Below are positions 60,636 through 64,000 of a stretch of 64,000 nt of DNA, one piece after another. A program made the position numbers and the translations under genes. This stretch comes from an uncultured bacterium (lineage in GTDB: Bacteria > Actinomycetota > Acidimicrobiia > Spongiisociales > ZC4RG35). The notes under the pieces are model-generated. The model did not search any database, was not told the origin of the DNA, and was given only the letters and a program-made list of their open reading frames with translations. The stretch covers positions 101,514 through 165,513 of the forward strand of contig CAVUYZ010000002.1 of assembly GCA_963745865.1 (NCBI GenBank). Reading direction: 5' to 3'. The stretch's first letter is position 1. Every line of letters begins with the position of its first letter.

Positions 60636-62057
60636 TCAACCGGCTTCGACAGGTGCGTCCAACAGCGCAGCGATGACATCGGCCGCCGTGTACGACGTGG
60701 CTCCATTCGGGAGGAATCTCCGGATGCTCTCGAGGTCGTCGCCCGTCGTCACGATCGGGGGCTCCGTCAACCCACCGTCCCGTCTCTGACCTAGGCCGAT
60801 GTTCGCCATCAGCGCATTGCACAGGCATTTGCGCCCCTCGGTGTCCTCGATGGCGCCGCCCTTCTTGACGAACAGATCGACGGGCTCGGCAGGACATCGC
60901 CACCCGACCGAGTCGTCGTCCCGCCGATAGGCCGTCCTCAGGTACCCGAGATCGCAGACCCGCTCGCGTTCGACGTCGGTGCCGGACCCAGGGCCGGTGG
61001 ACAGGACCTTGAACGGGAACCCTGTCGGTGAGGCCACGGGGTCGGTGAACACGGTGGCTCTCCCGGCGAGCGCTTCGGAGATGATCTCCCGCTTGAGGAC
61101 CGGATCGAGTCCCGACTCTTCGCAGAAGGCGAACGCGGTACCGACCTGAATTCCGGCGGCACCCACCTGGCGTGCCCGCGACAACGCCTCTGCAGATGCT
61201 TGCCCACCAGCGAGCCAGAAGGGCAGGTCGAGCCCTCGAATCGACTCGAGATCAGCCTGGTCGCGCTCGGAATACACGGGCTGGCCGTCGTCGGTGAAAC
61301 TGGGCTTGCCGCGAGGGGGCGCATTGTGCCCGCCAGCCGTGGCACCTTCGACGATGAAGCCATCGGCGGGCCGATCGAGGCGGGCGAGCATGGTCGCCAG
61401 GACGTGGGACGACACGATGCCAAGGAAGTCGGGGCGGGCAACCCCGCTCAGGCCCCCCAGGTACGGGGTCGGATCGAGCGACGTCTCGGGAACATCGTCC
61501 GATCCGCCCTTCACCTCGAAGCGCAACACGGAGAGCTCGCCGGCGCTCAATTCATCGAGCACTCGTGGGATGGCGCGCGGGATGCCCGCCCCCATCAGCA
61601 CGAAGTCGACGCCTGCCATCATCGCTCCGAGGATCGATGGCAGGGTTGGCACCTGGATCTTCTCGAGAAAATTGATTCCGACGGGCTGGGGGTGGCCCTC
61701 CCTGGCCAGAAACACCTCGATGAAGTTGGCGGCGACCAGGAGATCGCTAGCGAGCCCACTCGGCCGCGGCCCCGGCATCGGGCCCCGTTTGAAGGGTTGC
61801 CCGGCAGGGATGCCACCTTCGACGAAGAACTTGTCCAGGATGCGCCCCGCAACCGCCGGGACAGGAAACGCGGCGAGAGCGCGACGCACGTGGCCTCCGG
61901 GATCGCCCCGCTGTAGTCGTCGAACCAGCACGGCGTCGATCGCCGTTCCGGAGACGACGCCGAGTTGCCCGCAGCGAGCCACCGCATTCGCCAGCCTCCA
62001 GTCGGAGACTGCAATGCCCATTCCCCCCTGGATGATCGTCGGTAGGTCGCGGCTCAT
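60636..62057 (-). CDS. Nitronate monooxygenase (NMO / 2-nitropropane dioxygenase-like, FMN-dependent)
   Basis: IIQGGMGIAVSDWRLANAVARCGQLGV, with GGIQVGTAFA in the C-terminal part. Confidence 0.85.
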   Translation of the reverse strand: MSRDLPTIIQGGMGIAVSDWRLANAVARCGQLGVVSGTAIDAVLVRRLQRGDPGGHVRRALAAFPVPAVAGRILDKFFVEGGIPAGQPFKRGPMPGPRPSGLASDLLVAANFIEVFLAREGHPQPVGINFLEKIQVPTLPSILGAMMAGVDFVLMGAGIPRAIPRVLDELSAGELSVLRFEVKGGSDDVPETSLDPTPYLGGLSGVARPDFLGIVSSHVLATMLARLDRPADGFIVEGATAGGHNAPPRGKPSFTDDGQPVYSERDQADLESIRGLDLPFWLAGGQASAEALSRARQVGAAGIQVGTAFAFCEESGLDPVLKREIISEALAGRATVFTDPVASPTGFPFKVLSTGPGSGTDVERERVCDLGYLRTAYRRDDDSVGWRCPAEPVDLFVKKGGAIEDTEGRKCLCNALMANIGLGQRRDGGLTEPPIVTTGDDLESIRRFLPNGATSYTAADVIAALLDAPVEAG

Positions 62058-62253
62058 CCGTCCAAACTACGCGATGAGACCCGCATCTGCCGATTTCTCG
62101 GTGGGGCACAAGGACCACAGCCCTAGGTCCGGTCGGCCCGAATCCGACAGAAATCCCTGTTCGCGGAGGCGTCCGGGAGCACCATGAGCGAGCTATCCGG
62201 GGCGGTCACGGGTCATCGACGTCATGGCTCTCGAGGCGCGTCCGGTTCGGTCC

Positions 62254-63097
62254 TCAGGTCGACGGGATGTGGTCCCGCCACGAGTGAGACGGCTCGTATC
62301 CGAGCACCGACCCGGCTCTCTCGATCGACAGCAATGTCTCGTGGGACGCGAGGTCGCCTCGGATTGGGACACCGGGATACACCTCTGCCATGAGATCGCG
62401 ACTCGGACGGGTCATACAGGTGTCGGCCGCCGCCACCAAGAACGCCGGGGCTCCGTCGAGGTCTGCGATGATCGCCCGTCGCGCCGCCTGGGCAACGTCC
62501 CGGGAATCCACATATCCCCACAGATTCCATGCTCTCAACGATGGGTCGTCCCAGAATCCCGGGAACCGCTCATAGTCGGGAGGGGTCATGATGTTCGAGA
62601 TGCGGAGTGCCACGATCGGAATCCCGCTCCAACGGTTGAATTGCTCGGCGATCGCCTCGCCTGCCAGCTTCGACAATGCGTAGTGAGATTCTGGTAGCCG
62701 GGGGTGGTCTTCGTCGATCGGTGCGTACCTCGGCTCTTCCCGATCGAACGGGAGACCGATCAGGGTCTCCGAGGATGCCCACACGATCCGCTCGACCCCG
62801 AGTCGGGTGGCTGCGTTGAACACGTTGTAGGTCGACATCATGTTGTTGCGGAATGTCTCGGCGTCGGGTCGGATATTGGGCGCAGGGATGGCGGCGAGGT
62901 GTACGACCGACGTCACTGCCGGACAGTGCCTCGATGGTCTGGCCGAAGTCGGTCAGGTCGGCGATCAAGGTCGGGTCGTCGGGTCGACCGGATGCGGCGA
63001 CGTCGACGGTGACCACGTCGAAGCCGTGTTCGGCGAGGTCATGGACGACCGCGACTCCGGCTTTTCCGCTTCCACCGGTCACGACTACACGTGTCAT
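62254..63097 (-). CDS. NAD-dependent epimerase/dehydratase, with one frameshift at about 62910
   Basis: MTRVVVTGGSGKAGVAVVHDL is a Rossmann fold, and YALSKLAGE is the YxxxK motif. Confidence 0.8.
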
Positions 63098-63212
63098 CGA
63101 AATCTCCTGATCATCGGGGGTCTGATCCTAGATATCGACACGACGATCGCAGTCGCCGGTTTTCCGCGCCCCGTCGAGCCGATGATGCGTAGTGTCAGTA
63201 TCGAGGGACGGT

Positions 63213-64000
63213 ATGCAGATCGATATCCATGGTTTCGGCGGATATGTGCCGGAACACGTGATGTCCAACGACGATTGGGCGAACCTGCTGGACACATCGG
63301 ACGACTGGATCGTCAGTCGGACCGGAATCCGCGAGCGACGGATCGCCGCCGACGACCAATCGACGCTCGATCTCGCCGAAGCCGCCGCCAGGTCTGCGCT
63401 CGAAGATGCCGGCCTCGGTGTCGAAGACGTCGGCGAGATCATCGTGGCCACCGATACCCCCGAGGTCTACACGCCTGACACCGCCGCTCACCTCCAGCAT
63501 CGACTCGGAGCGGGGAACGTCCCGGCTTTCGATCTCGGTGGTAGCGGCTGTGCCGGATTCGTTCAGGCGCTCGACGTTGCCAGATCCCGGATTGCGTTCG
63601 ATCCCAAGACGGTGTTGGTCGTCGGAGTGGAATTGATCAGCAGGCTGTTGTCCAAGGAGGACCGCAACACGGCCGTGCTGTTCGGCGATGGTGCCGGCGC
63701 GGTTGTGGTCGCGCCAGGAGTTGGTCGGGCCGAGGTGTTGGATGTCGTGACCGGAACCGACGGATCCAAGGCTGACATCCTGACGGTCGAGGTCGGTGGA
63801 ACGAGGAAGCCGTTCGGTCTCGAAGCGGCCCGTGCGGGGAGCCATCAGCATCTGGAGATGGCCGGGAGGCAGGTGTTCGTCGAGGCGGTCCGTCGGATGA
63901 GCGGCTCGGTGCTGGAATTACTCGGACGGATCGGATGCACCGTCGACGACGTTGCCCTCGTCGTCCCGCACCAGGCGAATCTCCGGATCATCGATGCGAT
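63213..64000 (+). CDS. fabH: 3-oxoacyl-ACP synthase III, 3'-partial (runs off the window)
   Basis: IVSRTGIRERR..., the active-site Cys in DLGGSGCAGFVQAL, and VPHQANLRII. Confidence 0.85.
   Translation, partial: MQIDIHGFGGYVPEHVMSNDDWANLLDTSDDWIVSRTGIRERRIAADDQSTLDLAEAAARSALEDAGLGVEDVGEIIVATDTPEVYTPDTAAHLQHRLGAGNVPAFDLGGSGCAGFVQALDVARSRIAFDPKTVLVVGVELISRLLSKEDRNTAVLFGDGAGAVVVAPGVGRAEVLDVVTGTDGSKADILTVEVGGTRKPFGLEAARAGSHQHLEMAGRQVFVEAVRRMSGSVLELLGRIGCTVDDVALVVPHQANLRIIDA

Overview
High-GC (~65%) actinobacterial chromosomal segment. The conserved backbone follows the order known from Streptomyces-like genomes: tig-clpP-clpX, then valS-folC-ndk-mreB-mreC-mreD-pbp2-rodA, then RNase E/G-rplU-rpmA-obg-proB. 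Other housekeeping genes present are rph-rdgB, pdxH, lgt, trkAH, two tandem gap genes, nadD-rsfS, fabH and nine tRNAs.

Three things stand out.

1. Surface-protein block (15.7-24.3 kb). An ~8.6 kb accessory block sits between clpX and valS. It encodes four paralogous LPXTG (LPFTG) sortase-anchored surface proteins with Cna-B/SdrD-B-like and DUF11-like repeat domains. One of them carries three near-identical 645-bp tandem repeats. Each gene is preceded by a conserved ~100-170 nt leader in which a CCCTCCCC tract is complementary to the GGGAGG ribosome-binding site. I propose this leader as an undescribed cis-regulatory RNA that sequesters the Shine-Dalgarno sequence and controls sortase-substrate expression.

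2. tRNA-bounded islet (8.8-10.9 kb). A small lower-GC islet lies between tRNA-Leu and tRNA-Lys. It holds a 5' fragment of an IS110-family transposase and two secreted/membrane orphan ORFs.

3. Two loci of an alternating GC-rich palindromic repeat family, which is not a CRISPR array.

Other points worth noting: the upstream copy of the tandem GAPDH pair lacks the catalytic Cys motif (SNASCTTNC became SNTSNA) and is probably a pseudo-enzyme. A MoxR AAA+ ATPase, a VWA protein and a lone receiver protein form a triad. An NnrS-like membrane protein is followed by a cytochrome c gene. There is an alpha/beta-hydrolase fused to a class III nucleotide cyclase.

An important caveat is that roughly 35 single-base frameshifts interrupt otherwise clearly homologous genes, including clpX, tig, lgt, folC and an acyl-CoA dehydrogenase. 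Almost all sit in short homopolymer runs. This is most consistent with assembly or sequencing indel errors rather than real pseudogenes, so CDS coordinates are given for the reconstructed genes.
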